DNA of 64,000 nt from Dehalococcoidia bacterium. Lineage in GTDB: Bacteria; Chloroflexota; Dehalococcoidia; Lucifugimonadales; DAOUAM01. The notes beneath the pieces were generated by a model that saw only the letters and a program-made list of their open reading frames with translations, did not search any database and was not told where the DNA came from. The DNA lies in contig DAOUAM010000028.1 in assembly GCA_034433305.1 (NCBI GenBank), positions 44,699-108,698 on the forward strand. Direction: 5' to 3'. Shown here piece by piece: positions 1-9,228 of this stretch (within the stretch, counting starts at the first letter, position 1; every line of letters begins with the position of its first letter). A program made the translations under genes and the position numbers.

Positions 1-1253
1 ACAGTCCTGTAGGCCGGCACCTCGTGTACCAGGGCGCCCTGGGCTACGAGGCGGTGGGCCAGGGCCTCGGGAGCTATGTCGGCCCTGGGCAGCAGCAGGC
101 GCTTACCCGCCACACCTTGACGTTCCAGCGACGCGGCAACGGCCTCGGACAGGGCCTCTTCGGGCGTCAGGTCTGCCCTGATACCGCGCTGCCGCAGGGC
201 CGCCGCCGTGGCCGGGCCGATGGCCGCCACCCTGGCGGCGCCAAAGGCCCTGGTATCCAGCCCCAGGGCATCCAGCCGCTGGAAGACAGCCTCGACAGCG
301 TTGGCGCTGGTGAACACCACCCACTGGTAGCCGCTTCGCCCAAGGTCGCGCAGGGCCGCATCCAGCCCGGCGCAGTCCTCGAGGGCCTTTATTTCGATGG
401 AGGGTAGCTCCAGGGGCAGCGCACCTCGCCTGGACAGGAGGTCGGACAGGGCGCTGGCCTGGGCACGCGACCTGGTGACCAGCACACGCTTGCCGAAAAG
501 GGGCATTGTGTCGAACCACCGCAGCTTCTGGCGGAGGCCCACAACCTCCCCCACCACCGTCACAACGGGAGGCGACAGGTCAGCCTGTCGTGCCTTCTCC
601 ACTATGTCGGACAGGGTGCCTGATACGGTGCGCTGGTAAGGCTCGGTGCCCCAGCGCACCAGGGCGACAGGCGTGTCCGGGGCGCGGCCGTGGCGCAGCA
701 GGGCATCCACGATGTCGGCCAGGCCCTCCCATCCCATCAGCACCACCAGCGTGCCCTCAAGCCGGGCCAGTCTGTCCCAGGGAACGGCTGAGGCGTCCTT
801 GCCCGGCGCCTCGCTGCCGGTGACGACGGTGAAGAAGGAGCCAAGCTCGCGGTGGGTGACGGGTATGCCGGCGTAGGCTGGGGCCGCCACGGCGGACGTG
901 ACGCCCGGCACGACCTCGAAGGGGATGCCATCAGCCAGCAGCGCCTCGGCCTCCTCGCCGCCCCGGCCAAAGACGAAGGGGTCGCCTCCCTTGAGGCGCA
1001 CCACCTGCTTGCCCTCCCTGGCCCTGGCTGCCAGCAGAGCGTTGATGTCTTCTTGCCGGTTGCGGCGCTGGCCGGGGACCTTGCCGACGTCCACAAGCTC
1101 CGCGCCTGGCCGCGCCCGCCGCAGGAGCCTGCTGTCCACCAGGCGATCGTACACGACCACGTCGGCGGACTCCAGCAACTCCAGGCCTCTCACCGTGATG
1201 AGGCCTGGGTCGCCAGGGCCAGCGCCCACCAGGTAAACGGTGCCCGGTCTCAT
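1..1253 (-). CDS. cobA: Fused uroporphyrinogen-III C-methyltransferase / uroporphyrinogen-III synthase (CobA-HemD), 3' end runs off the window
   Basis: Hand translation of the minus strand from ATG at 1253 gives MRPGTVYLVGAGPGDPGLITVRG...VRLKGGDPFVFGRGGEEA (SUMT motifs), then LRWFDTMPLFGKRVLVTRSRAQAS (start of HemD domain). ATGA overlap with the hemC stop. Absent from the ORF track because no stop lies in the window. Confidence 0.93.
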   Translation of the reverse strand, partial: MRPGTVYLVGAGPGDPGLITVRGLELLESADVVVYDRLVDSRLLRRARPGAELVDVGKVPGQRRNRQEDINALLAARAREGKQVVRLKGGDPFVFGRGGEEAEALLADGIPFEVVPGVTSAVAAPAYAGIPVTHRELGSFFTVVTGSEAPGKDASAVPWDRLARLEGTLVVLMGWEGLADIVDALLRHGRAPDTPVALVRWGTEPYQRTVSGTLSDIVEKARQADLSPPVVTVVGEVVGLRQKLRWFDTMPLFGKRVLVTRSRAQASALSDLLSRRGALPLELPSIEIKALEDCAGLDAALRDLGRSGYQWVVFTSANAVEAVFQRLDALGLDTRAFGAARVAAIGPATAAALRQRGIRADLTPEEALSEAVAASLERQGVAGKRLLLPRADIAPEALAHRLVAQGALVHEVPAYRT

Positions 1254-2188
1254 GGCCTGCCGCCCCCGGCCAGCATCTCCGTGGCGCCGGCCCTGAGCAG
1301 GGCTTCGGCAGCGGCACGGCCCGTCGCCTCCGGGCTGGAGGCCTCGCCCTGGAGCTTGACACGGACTACCCGGCTGCCGTCCGGGGCGCCGGCCATGGCC
1401 GAGATGCGCAATTCGTAGCCGTCCACCTGGGCATAGGCCGCCACGGGCACACGGCAACCGCCGCCTATGGCCGCCAGGAAGGCCCTCTCGGCCCGCACGG
1501 CGGTGCTGGTGGGCCAGTGGTCAATGGCGGCCAGCATGGCAAGGACTTCCTCAGCGTCGGCGCGGGCCTCCACTGCCAGGGCGCCCTGGCCCACGTCCGG
1601 CGTACACAGGTCTGGCGAGAGGTACTCGACGATCCTGCCCTCCATGCCCAAGCGCTGGATGCCGGCGGCGGCCAGTACGACGCCATCGTAGCTGTCGCCC
1701 AGGGCCTTGGCCAGCCGCGTGCCCACGTTGCCACGGATGGGCGGGAACTGCAAGTCGGGGCGCAGGGACTTGAGCTGGGCTATGCGCCGGGGGCTGCTGG
1801 TGCCCAGGCGCGCGCCAGAGGGCAGCCGGTCGAAGGGGAGGTCCCACCTGTCCACCAGAACGTCACGTGGGTCGCGGCGCTCACAGATGGCCCCTATGAC
1901 CAGGCCCTCGGGCAGCGACGAGGGCAGGTCCTTGGCGCTGTGAATGGCCAGGTCTATCCCGCCACTGAGCAGGGCCTGCTCGATGTCTTTGACGAACATA
2001 CCCCGCCCCAGGCTGAGCAGGGGCGCGTCCTTCTGCCTGTCGCCGCCGGTGGCCATGGGCACCACCGTGAACTCGGTAGCCGGGTACTGCGTCCGAAGGA
2101 GACGCAGCACCTCCTCGTTCTGGGCCAGCGACAGCGGACTGGCGCGGGAGCCAACTTTGATATGCTTGCGAGCGGCCACGCGAGCCAT
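1250..2188 (-). CDS. hemC: Hydroxymethylbilane synthase (porphobilinogen deaminase)
   Basis: IKVGSRASPLSLAQ, GMFVKDIE, HSAKDLP, GTSSPRR, IRGNVGTRL, AERAFLAAIGGGCRVP (cofactor Cys). Confidence 0.97.
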   Translation of the reverse strand: MARVAARKHIKVGSRASPLSLAQNEEVLRLLRTQYPATEFTVVPMATGGDRQKDAPLLSLGRGMFVKDIEQALLSGGIDLAIHSAKDLPSSLPEGLVIGAICERRDPRDVLVDRWDLPFDRLPSGARLGTSSPRRIAQLKSLRPDLQFPPIRGNVGTRLAKALGDSYDGVVLAAAGIQRLGMEGRIVEYLSPDLCTPDVGQGALAVEARADAEEVLAMLAAIDHWPTSTAVRAERAFLAAIGGGCRVPVAAYAQVDGYELRISAMAGAPDGSRVVRVKLQGEASSPEATGRAAAEALLRAGATEMLAGGGRP

Positions 2189-2190
2189 CT

Positions 2191-2844
2191 CTAGTGGCTA
2201 GCAGAAGCGCCGACCCTGCCTTCCAGCAGGTCGGACAACAGGCCCTTCCTGGCCTCCTCGTACCTGCCAGCCTGGACCATGTCAAGTAGCTCTTCGGTGA
2301 TGCACTTCTGCCAGTGGTCGGTATCTACCCGCACCCCCATGCGCCGCAGCTCCCTGCGGACGTCGGCCAGCAGGGGCGCCAGGTCTGCATACTCCAGGGT
2401 ACGGCTGCGGGCGAGCTCCTCGCGGAACTTGCGGGCCAGCGCCGGGCTGGCGCCGCCTGTGGACACGGCTATCGTCACCTCGCCGCGCCTGGCTATGGCC
2501 GGAGCGATGAAGGTACAGAGGTGAGGCACGTCCACCACGTTGAGCAGCACGTTGCGCTGCTCGGCCTCGGCGGCGATGCGCCTGTTTACCTGGTTGTCAT
2601 CGGTGGCGGCGATGGCCAGGAAAGCTCCCTCCAGATCTCCGGGCTGGTAGGCCCGGGGCAGCCATTCCACCCTGCCCGCCCCGGCATGCTGGCGGACGCT
2701 GGCGTTGACCTCAGGGCTTATGACCACGACCCTGGCCTCGCACTCCAGCAGCTTGTGTACCTTTTCTTCGCCGACGTTGCCGCCGCCGACGACCACGCAC
2801 TTGCGGTTGCGGACATCCAGGAACACCGGATAGTAAGCTGGCAA
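2191..2844 (-). CDS. sirC: Precorrin-2 dehydrogenase / sirohydrochlorin ferrochelatase (SirC, CysG N-terminal type)
   Basis: YYPVFLD, VVVGGGNVG Rossmann motif, NVVDVPHLCTF, IAVSTGGASPALARK; TTG start. Confidence 0.92.
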   Translation of the reverse strand: MPAYYPVFLDVRNRKCVVVGGGNVGEEKVHKLLECEARVVVISPEVNASVRQHAGAGRVEWLPRAYQPGDLEGAFLAIAATDDNQVNRRIAAEAEQRNVLLNVVDVPHLCTFIAPAIARRGEVTIAVSTGGASPALARKFREELARSRTLEYADLAPLLADVRRELRRMGVRVDTDHWQKCITEELLDMVQAGRYEEARKGLLSDLLEGRVGASASH

Positions 2845-2859
2845 CTTGTCCCCTCGATC

Positions 2860-3867
2860 CTAGACGAAATACTTGACCCGCGTCTTCTTGTACTCTCTGG
2901 TGCTGTACAGCAGCATGTAGTCGGCGATGCCCGTGGCCCTGGAGATTTCGCGGGCTACCTCCTGGCACTTCTCCTTGCTGGTGGCATGGATCATGGTGAA
3001 GTGGGTATAGTCCCAATCAGGGAAAGTGGGACGCTCGTAGCAGTGAGTGACCCACGGAGAGCTGGCCATAATCCTGCCCACTTCAACGGAGCGCTCAGGC
3101 GGGACCTTCCATACCACCATGGCGTTGGCCTTGAACCCGGCGCGCCTGTGGTGGAGCACCGCGCTGTACCGCCTCATGATGCCCCGCTGGCGCAGGGACT
3201 CGGCGATACCGAAAAGCTCCCGCTGGCTCATGCCCAGGCGCTGGGCCATGGGCTCGAAGGGGCGGGACACCAGTGGCAGGTCTTCTTGCAGCTCGCGCAC
3301 CACCCGCACTTCCAGGTCGGTCACGGGCTGGGGCTGCCGCCAGGCGTCGCTGTCGGCGGTGTGATAGCCATCCGGGCTATAGTAGTCGTAGGCCGCGCCC
3401 TGCTCCTTCACCATGTCAAAGTTGACGCCGATCTTGAAGAAGCGTATGGTCGGCATCAGCCGGTAGGCTTCTGCGCCACCCCGACGGGCCATGTCCTCGA
3501 CCGTGGCCTCCAGGCTCTCGCCGGGCGGCACCGCCACGGTGAACCACAGGTTGAAGGGGCCGTTGCGAGCGTAGTTGTGGCTCACGCCAGGGTGCTCGTT
3601 GATCAGCCGCGCGCCAGCATCGAGCTTGTCGGGTGGGAAGCGCATTGCCACCAGGACAGACTTGTAGCCAAGTCGCCTGGTATCGAATATGGCGCTTATC
3701 TGGCGGACAACGTGTCTATCTTTCAGGGACTGAATACGCGAAATGACCTCGGCTTCTGGCACCTCCAGGGCCTGGCCAATGTGCTGGAACGGCACTTCGA
3801 CTAGAGGGAAGGAAGACTGTATGATGTTAAGGAGCTGGCGATCGGTCAGGTCCAGTTGGGAGACCAT
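2860..3867 (-). CDS. ahbAB: Fused siroheme decarboxylase AhbA-AhbB (NirDL/NirGH-like, two Lrp/AsnC-like halves)
   Basis: LLNIIQSSFPLVEVPF...HPGVSHNYAR..FNLWFT in the first half; LQEDLPLVSRPF...VTHCYERPTFPDWDYTHFTMIHA in the second half; lies in a heme operon. Confidence 0.9.
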   Translation of the reverse strand: MVSQLDLTDRQLLNIIQSSFPLVEVPFQHIGQALEVPEAEVISRIQSLKDRHVVRQISAIFDTRRLGYKSVLVAMRFPPDKLDAGARLINEHPGVSHNYARNGPFNLWFTVAVPPGESLEATVEDMARRGGAEAYRLMPTIRFFKIGVNFDMVKEQGAAYDYYSPDGYHTADSDAWRQPQPVTDLEVRVVRELQEDLPLVSRPFEPMAQRLGMSQRELFGIAESLRQRGIMRRYSAVLHHRRAGFKANAMVVWKVPPERSVEVGRIMASSPWVTHCYERPTFPDWDYTHFTMIHATSKEKCQEVAREISRATGIADYMLLYSTREYKKTRVKYFV

Positions 3868-4093
3868 GCTTCATCCTCAGCGGCGCAGCATGCTGGTGGC
3901 AGATGGGCCAGCCCGCGGCTCCACGCCAGCGCCATCGGCGGACGCGGGGCCTGGTCACACACCTATTGTAGGTTAGCACGGGCCTCCTTTTGAGGTCAAC
4001 GGCACAGAAGGGCCGGGACGGCGCGGCAGTGCAGCACACGGGGCCTCGTTTCGAGCCAAGGCCGCCTGTCCATCTAGATAAGGGGGTAAGGCA

Positions 4094-4729
4094 CTGGAGG
4101 ACGCCAAGCGCCGTCTGCTAGACCGCCTCCGCAGGGAGGTGGGGGATGAGCGGGTCATCGAGGCCATGGAACGAGTGCCACGAGAAGCCTTCGTGCCTGC
4201 GGCCCGCGCCCACCTGGCCTACGAGGATATACCCCTGGAGATAGGCGAAGGCCAGACCATCTCCCAGCCTTTCATCATCGCCTTCATGGTCAGCGCCCTG
4301 GAAGTCAGGCGGACTGACAGGGTGCTGGAGATAGGCACCGGCAGCGGCTACCAGGCGGCGGTGCTGGCGGAGTTGGCGGCCCAGGTCGTGACCGTGGAGC
4401 GCATAAGGTCGCTGACGGACTCGGCCAGGGAGCGGCTGGCTTCCCTTGGCTACACCAACATTCAGGTCATGCTGGCCGAGGCAAGGCTGGGCTGGCCCAG
4501 GGACGCACCCTACGATGCCATCATCGTGGCGGCCGCGGCCCCGACGCTACCACGGGTGCTTATGGGCCAGATGGCCGATGGTGGCAGGCTGGTGGTCCCG
4601 GTCGGCTCCCGGGAGTCCCAGGAGCTGATGAAGGTCACCAGGTCGGCGCAGACCTACTCGGTGAGGACGCTGGGGCCGTGCCGGTTTGTCCCGCTGATAG
4701 GCGAAGGCGCCTGGCCGGAAGAGGCCTAG
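4094..4729 (+). CDS. pcm: Protein-L-isoaspartate O-methyltransferase
   Basis: GQTISQP, VLEIGTGSGYQAAVLA, APYDAIIVAAA, CRFVPLIG. Start uncertain: CTG at 4094 after AGGGGGT, or GTG at 4139. Confidence 0.93.
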   Translation: MEDAKRRLLDRLRREVGDERVIEAMERVPREAFVPAARAHLAYEDIPLEIGEGQTISQPFIIAFMVSALEVRRTDRVLEIGTGSGYQAAVLAELAAQVVTVERIRSLTDSARERLASLGYTNIQVMLAEARLGWPRDAPYDAIIVAAAAPTLPRVLMGQMADGGRLVVPVGSRESQELMKVTRSAQTYSVRTLGPCRFVPLIGEGAWPEEA

Positions 4730-4919
4730 CCACCAGCAGCCGGACAGCCCTCGCCCAGGGCCGCGAGCACGATGCCATGCCCCTCAGGACAGAAATTGTC
4801 GAGGTAGAATCTGGCCCTGGACACGACAGGAACACTTCGGGTTGCTACTGAGTATGCCCTCTTCTATACTCATGCCGTAGGATGCATAAGCTGCAGTACG
4901 ACCGAGGTGATGCTGTCCC

Positions 4920-6392
4920 ATGGAGTACGAGATAGTTATCGGACTGGAAGTACACTCCCAGCTCCTTACCAGAAGCAAGATGTTCTGCGGGTGCAGCGCG
5001 GCTTACCAGGACGCGCCACCCAACACTGTCGTGTGCCCCGTGTGCATGGGCATGCCCGGGGTGCTGCCGGTCATCAACAAGCGGGCTGTGGAGTACGTTA
5101 TCAAGACCGGCCTGGCCCTCAACTGCACCATCTCTCGTTCCACCAAGTTCGACCGCAAGAACTATCCCTATCCTGACCTGATGAAGGGCTATCAGATTTC
5201 GCAGTATGACCTGCCCATTGCTGTCCATGGCAGCCTGACCATCGAGACCGATGGCCAGGAAAAGGCCGTCGGGATTACCAGGGTACACCTGGAGGAGGAT
5301 GTAGCCAAGCTGCTGCACCGCGCAGCGCCCCATGGGGAGAGCTACAGCTTGCTGGACATCAACCGCTCCGGCGTTCCGCTGATGGAAATCGTCAGCGAGC
5401 CCGACATGCGCAGCCCGGAGGAGGCCCGGAGCTACCTGATGAAGCTACGCTCTATCCTCCAGTACATCGGAGTCAGCACGGCCAACATGGAGGAGGGCAG
5501 CTTCCGCTGCGACGCCAACATCAGCATACGCCCGCGCGGCTCCACCGAGTTCGGCCCGAAAGTGGAAGTGAAGAACATGAACAGCTACCGCTCGGTATAC
5601 CGCGCGCTCCAGTACGAGGCCGAGCGCCAGGTCCGCGCCGTGGAGGAAGGCCAGCGTATCGTCCGCGAGACCCGAGGATGGGTGGAGGAGCGCGGCGTCA
5701 CCGTGTCCCAACGCACCAAGGAGTACGCCTCGGACTACCGCTACTTCCCGGAGCCAGACCTGCCGCCCCTGGTCATCAGCCCGGAGTGGGTGGAGCAGGT
5801 GCGCCAGGGCCTGCCCGAGTTGCCGGACGCCAGAAAGGCCCGGTTCATGGAGCAGTATGGCCTGTCCGAGTACGACGCCAGGCTGCTGACGGCCTCCAGG
5901 GCCACCGCTGACTTCTTCGAGGCTGTCCTGGCGGTCAAGCCGCTCAGGGGCGACGCCCAGAAGCAGCAGGCCAAGGCAGTCAGCAACTGGCTGCTGGGCG
6001 AGACGGCCCGGCTGCTCAATGTGACAGGGGGTGAGATTGCCGACGTCAAGTTCCGGCCTGAGCACCTTGTCCAGCTTCTGGACCTGGTGGAGGCAGGCAC
6101 GCTTACCACCAGCATGGCCAAGTCGGTGTTCGAGGAGATGTTCCGCACCGGCAAGCCGCCGGAGCAGATCGCCCGCGAGGCCGGCATGGTACAGATCACC
6201 GATGCGGACGCCATCCGCGCGGCGGTGGAGCAGGCCATCGCCGAGAACCCAAAGCCTGTCGCCGACTATCTGGGTGGCAAAGACACGGCCATAAGGTTCC
6301 TCGTAGGCCAGGTCATGAAGCTCACCAAAGGCAAAGCCAACCCCCAGATGGTGACCGAGCAGTTGAAAGCCAAGCTTGAGGCAATGAGGTAG
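4920..6392 (+). CDS. gatB: Asp-tRNA(Asn)/Glu-tRNA(Gln) amidotransferase subunit B
   Basis: VIGLEVHSQL, FDRKNYPYPDL, RVHLEEDVAK, DINRSGVPLMEIVSEPD, GSFRCDANIS, YRYFPEPDL, C-terminal YqeY-like domain. Confidence 0.98.
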   Translation: MEYEIVIGLEVHSQLLTRSKMFCGCSAAYQDAPPNTVVCPVCMGMPGVLPVINKRAVEYVIKTGLALNCTISRSTKFDRKNYPYPDLMKGYQISQYDLPIAVHGSLTIETDGQEKAVGITRVHLEEDVAKLLHRAAPHGESYSLLDINRSGVPLMEIVSEPDMRSPEEARSYLMKLRSILQYIGVSTANMEEGSFRCDANISIRPRGSTEFGPKVEVKNMNSYRSVYRALQYEAERQVRAVEEGQRIVRETRGWVEERGVTVSQRTKEYASDYRYFPEPDLPPLVISPEWVEQVRQGLPELPDARKARFMEQYGLSEYDARLLTASRATADFFEAVLAVKPLRGDAQKQQAKAVSNWLLGETARLLNVTGGEIADVKFRPEHLVQLLDLVEAGTLTTSMAKSVFEEMFRTGKPPEQIAREAGMVQITDADAIRAAVEQAIAENPKPVADYLGGKDTAIRFLVGQVMKLTKGKANPQMVTEQLKAKLEAMR

Positions 6393-6396
6393 GTAT

Positions 6397-7749
6397 ATGA
6401 ATGGTCATGCCCCTCTGAACGGCGTGTCGGGGGGTGGTGGCACCAGACGTTCCAGGACCAATAGTCTGCTCCTTCTGTTCTATCCTGGACTGGGTGTGAA
6501 GCGCTGGCTGCTCATCGGGGCGGCCGGCATCGGGGCAATGTCCGTGGGCACGGCATACCTGCTACGGAAGCTGTTCCTCCTGGGGTTCCCGGAGTTCCTG
6601 CCGGGCTACATGGAGGGAGTGTTCCTCATGGCCCTGGGTATGCTGGCCATCGGCCTGGGCATATATGGACTCTACCGCTCCCTGAGGCCGCTCCTGTTCG
6701 CGTCGGCGACCTTCGACACCCTGGCCAACACCATTTACGTGCGCCGTTACAGGGGCAAGGGGCCGAGAATAGTGGCCATCGGCGGGGGCACGGGACTTTC
6801 GGTGCTGCTGCGTGGCCTCAAGCACTACACCGACAACCTGACCGCCATTGTCACGGTGGGCGACGACGGCGGAAGCTCTGGACGGCTCCGGCAGGAGCTG
6901 GGCGTGCTGCCGCCAGGTGACTTCAGGAACTGCCTGGTGGCCATGTCCGACGCCGAGCCGGTGGTGACGGAGCTTTTCCAGTACCGCTTCGACCAGGGCA
7001 ACGGCCTCAAGGGCCACAGTTTTGGCAACCTGTTCCTGGTGGCCATGGCCAACATTACCAGGAGCTTCGAGCGCGCCCTGTATGAGTCCAGCCGCGTGCT
7101 GGCGGTCCACGGCCAGATACTGCCGGCCACCACCGCCAACCTGTCGCTCTATGCCAGGCTGTCCAATGGCTCGGTAGTGCATGGCGAGTCCAACATAACG
7201 GCCCAGGGCGGCAAGGTAGAGCAGCTTTTCGTCAACCCGCCCGACGCCCAGGCCTACCTGCCGGCGGTGGAGGCCATCGAGCAGGCCCAGCTTATCATCA
7301 TCGGGCCTGGCAGCCTCTACACCAGCATCCTGCCCAACCTGCTGGTATCGGGTATTTCGGAGGCAATCAAGCGCTCCAGGGCCATCAAGGTGTATGTGTG
7401 CAACGTAGCCACGCAGAAGGGCGAGACGGAGGGCTACAGCGTGGCCGACCATGTGGAGGCGCTCCAGCGACACACCTTCACCACCATCGTGGACTACGTC
7501 ATCGCCAACGATACGCCACGGGACCTTGGCCCCCAGTTCCAGGGCAGGCCGGTCGCCCACGATGGCAGGCCATTGCACCATGCCAAGCTGTTGCTGGAAG
7601 ACGTGATGGACCTGACACATCCAGTAAGACACGACTCAGCAAGGCTAGCACGCGCCATCATGAACGTGTATCATAAGAAGCGCAACGGCAAGAGCAAGGC
7701 CACCCCCGAAGTAGTGGCCCAACGCGCGGGCGCAGGGTGGAGTGTGTAG
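6397..7749 (+). CDS. yvcK: YvcK/UPF0052 (gluconeogenesis factor, UDP-sugar-binding) with N-terminal membrane segments
   Basis: IVAIGGGTGLS, DDGGSSGRLR, PPGDFRNCL, GHSFGNL, GPGSLYTSILPNL, RHDS. Confidence 0.92.
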   Translation: MNGHAPLNGVSGGGGTRRSRTNSLLLLFYPGLGVKRWLLIGAAGIGAMSVGTAYLLRKLFLLGFPEFLPGYMEGVFLMALGMLAIGLGIYGLYRSLRPLLFASATFDTLANTIYVRRYRGKGPRIVAIGGGTGLSVLLRGLKHYTDNLTAIVTVGDDGGSSGRLRQELGVLPPGDFRNCLVAMSDAEPVVTELFQYRFDQGNGLKGHSFGNLFLVAMANITRSFERALYESSRVLAVHGQILPATTANLSLYARLSNGSVVHGESNITAQGGKVEQLFVNPPDAQAYLPAVEAIEQAQLIIIGPGSLYTSILPNLLVSGISEAIKRSRAIKVYVCNVATQKGETEGYSVADHVEALQRHTFTTIVDYVIANDTPRDLGPQFQGRPVAHDGRPLHHAKLLLEDVMDLTHPVRHDSARLARAIMNVYHKKRNGKSKATPEVVAQRAGAGWSV

Positions 7750-7761
7750 CAGGTAGTACAC

Positions 7762-7980
7762 ATGCAGCTAGCTTTGGATCTGGTCCAGATACTTATCTCC
7801 ATTGTGCTGGTGCTGGCCATTCTGGTGCAGGTGCGTGGGCAGGGCACCGGCCTCTTTGCATCGGGCGAGAGCGCCTTCCGGACGCGCCGCGGCCTGGAGA
7901 GGACGCTTTTTCGCTTCACCATAGCCATGGCCGTGGTCTTTGTCATTGTCTCCATAATCAGCGCCCGCATTGCCGGATAG
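7762..7980 (+). CDS. secG: Preprotein translocase subunit SecG
   Basis: 72 aa with two hydrophobic helices; LVQVRGQGTG and FRTRRGLERTLFRFT. Confidence 0.88.
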   Translation: MQLALDLVQILISIVLVLAILVQVRGQGTGLFASGESAFRTRRGLERTLFRFTIAMAVVFVIVSIISARIAG

Positions 7981-8024
7981 GGGCGAGGCCTGTAGCCGGG
8001 TCTCGTCCTTCTGGCTATTCCTTC

Positions 8025-8864
8025 ATGCCTCCCCTTATCACCCTCACCACCGACTTCGGCCCTCAGGACGGGTGGCCGGCGGCCATGAAGGGCGTCATCC
8101 TGGGCATTAACCCAGGCGCGGTGGTGGTGGACATCTCCCACGAGGCGCCTCCCCAGGATATAGCCCACGCAGCCTTCGTCCTGTGGACTGTGTACCGCTA
8201 CTTTCCGCCCGACACGGTACACGTCGCGGTAGTTGACCCGGGGGTGGGCACGTCGCGCCGTGCGCTGCTGCTGGTGACGCCCCATGGGAGGTTCGTCGCC
8301 CCGGACAACGGGCTGCTTACCTATGTGCTGAGCGACGCAGGCGCTGGGGCGGTGGCAGGGCAGGGCGCAGACTTCCTGCGGCCAGTGCAGGTAAATGTGC
8401 CCCCTGGCTGCCAGGCCTATGCCCTGACGCAGCCCGCATACTGGCGACAGCCAGTAAGCACCACCTTCCACGGACGGGACATCTTCGCGCCGGTTGCCGC
8501 CCACCTGAGCACCGGCGTGCCGCCGGCGGACCTGGGCCAGCCTGTTGATTGGGTAGTGGCCCTTAACGTGCCAGCGCCGGAAGTGAGGCTGGGGGAGACA
8601 GTGGGAAGGATCATCCACGTTGACCGCTTCGGCAACCTTGTTACCAGCATCCGCCCGGAGCACCTGCCGGGCCGTCGCATCCAGGCACAGGTGGAAGGGC
8701 ACCGTGCCACGGGCCTGGCCCTGTCCTACGCCGAGGGTGACGGGCTGCTGGCCCTCATCGGCAGCCACGGCTGCCTGGAGATCGCCGCCAGGAACGGCAG
8801 CGCGGCGGCCCGCACCGGCGCACGGCCCGGCAGCGAGGTCAGGGTCTCGGCCCTGGAGAGATAG
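8025..8864 (+). CDS. SAM hydroxide adenosyltransferase / chlorinase-fluorinase family (DUF62)
   Basis: ITLTTDFG, VDISHE, VHVAVVDPGVGTSRR, FVAPDNGLL, STTFHGRDIFAP, HVDRFGNL, GCLEIA; ATG at 8025. Confidence 0.92.
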   Translation: MPPLITLTTDFGPQDGWPAAMKGVILGINPGAVVVDISHEAPPQDIAHAAFVLWTVYRYFPPDTVHVAVVDPGVGTSRRALLLVTPHGRFVAPDNGLLTYVLSDAGAGAVAGQGADFLRPVQVNVPPGCQAYALTQPAYWRQPVSTTFHGRDIFAPVAAHLSTGVPPADLGQPVDWVVALNVPAPEVRLGETVGRIIHVDRFGNLVTSIRPEHLPGRRIQAQVEGHRATGLALSYAEGDGLLALIGSHGCLEIAARNGSAAARTGARPGSEVRVSALER

Positions 8865-8902
8865 GCGTCGCAGTGGTGGCGCGCCCCTGGTGCGGCGGGC
8901 GG

Positions 8903-9217
8903 TCACTCCAGCCTGACGGCGGTGCCGTAGGCCAGGATTTCGGATGCGCCGCTCATGACAACCGATGTGGAAAGCCGGAAGCCGACGATGGCATTGGCCC
9001 CCATACGCTCAGCTTCCTGCACCATCCTGGCAATGGCATACTCCCGGGACTCGCTCAGGAGCTGAGTGTACTCCTTGATTTCGCCCCCGACGAGGCCCCG
9101 CAGCGCGGCCACTATGTCCCTGCCCAAGTGGCGCGCCCGAATGGCATTGCCCTTGGCGAGGCCCAGCACCTCGACTATGCGCTTGCCTTCCACTGTGTCA
9201 GTCGTAACAACTATCAT
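8903..9217 (-). CDS. YbjQ / UPF0145 family protein
   Basis: MIVVTTDTVEG, GRDIVAALRGLVGGE, AERMGANAIVG, EILAYGTAV. Confidence 0.9.
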   Translation of the reverse strand: MIVVTTDTVEGKRIVEVLGLAKGNAIRARHLGRDIVAALRGLVGGEIKEYTQLLSESREYAIARMVQEAERMGANAIVGFRLSTSVVMSGASEILAYGTAVRLE

Positions 9218-9228
9218 GGTACAGCACC

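Noticed and set aside
4730-4919. Possible tRNA or T-box in the pcm-gatB gap (TGAGTAT-N10-ATACTCA inverted repeat)
   Set aside because: There is no cloverleaf, TpsiC motif or T-box; the 7-bp inverted repeat alone is insufficient.
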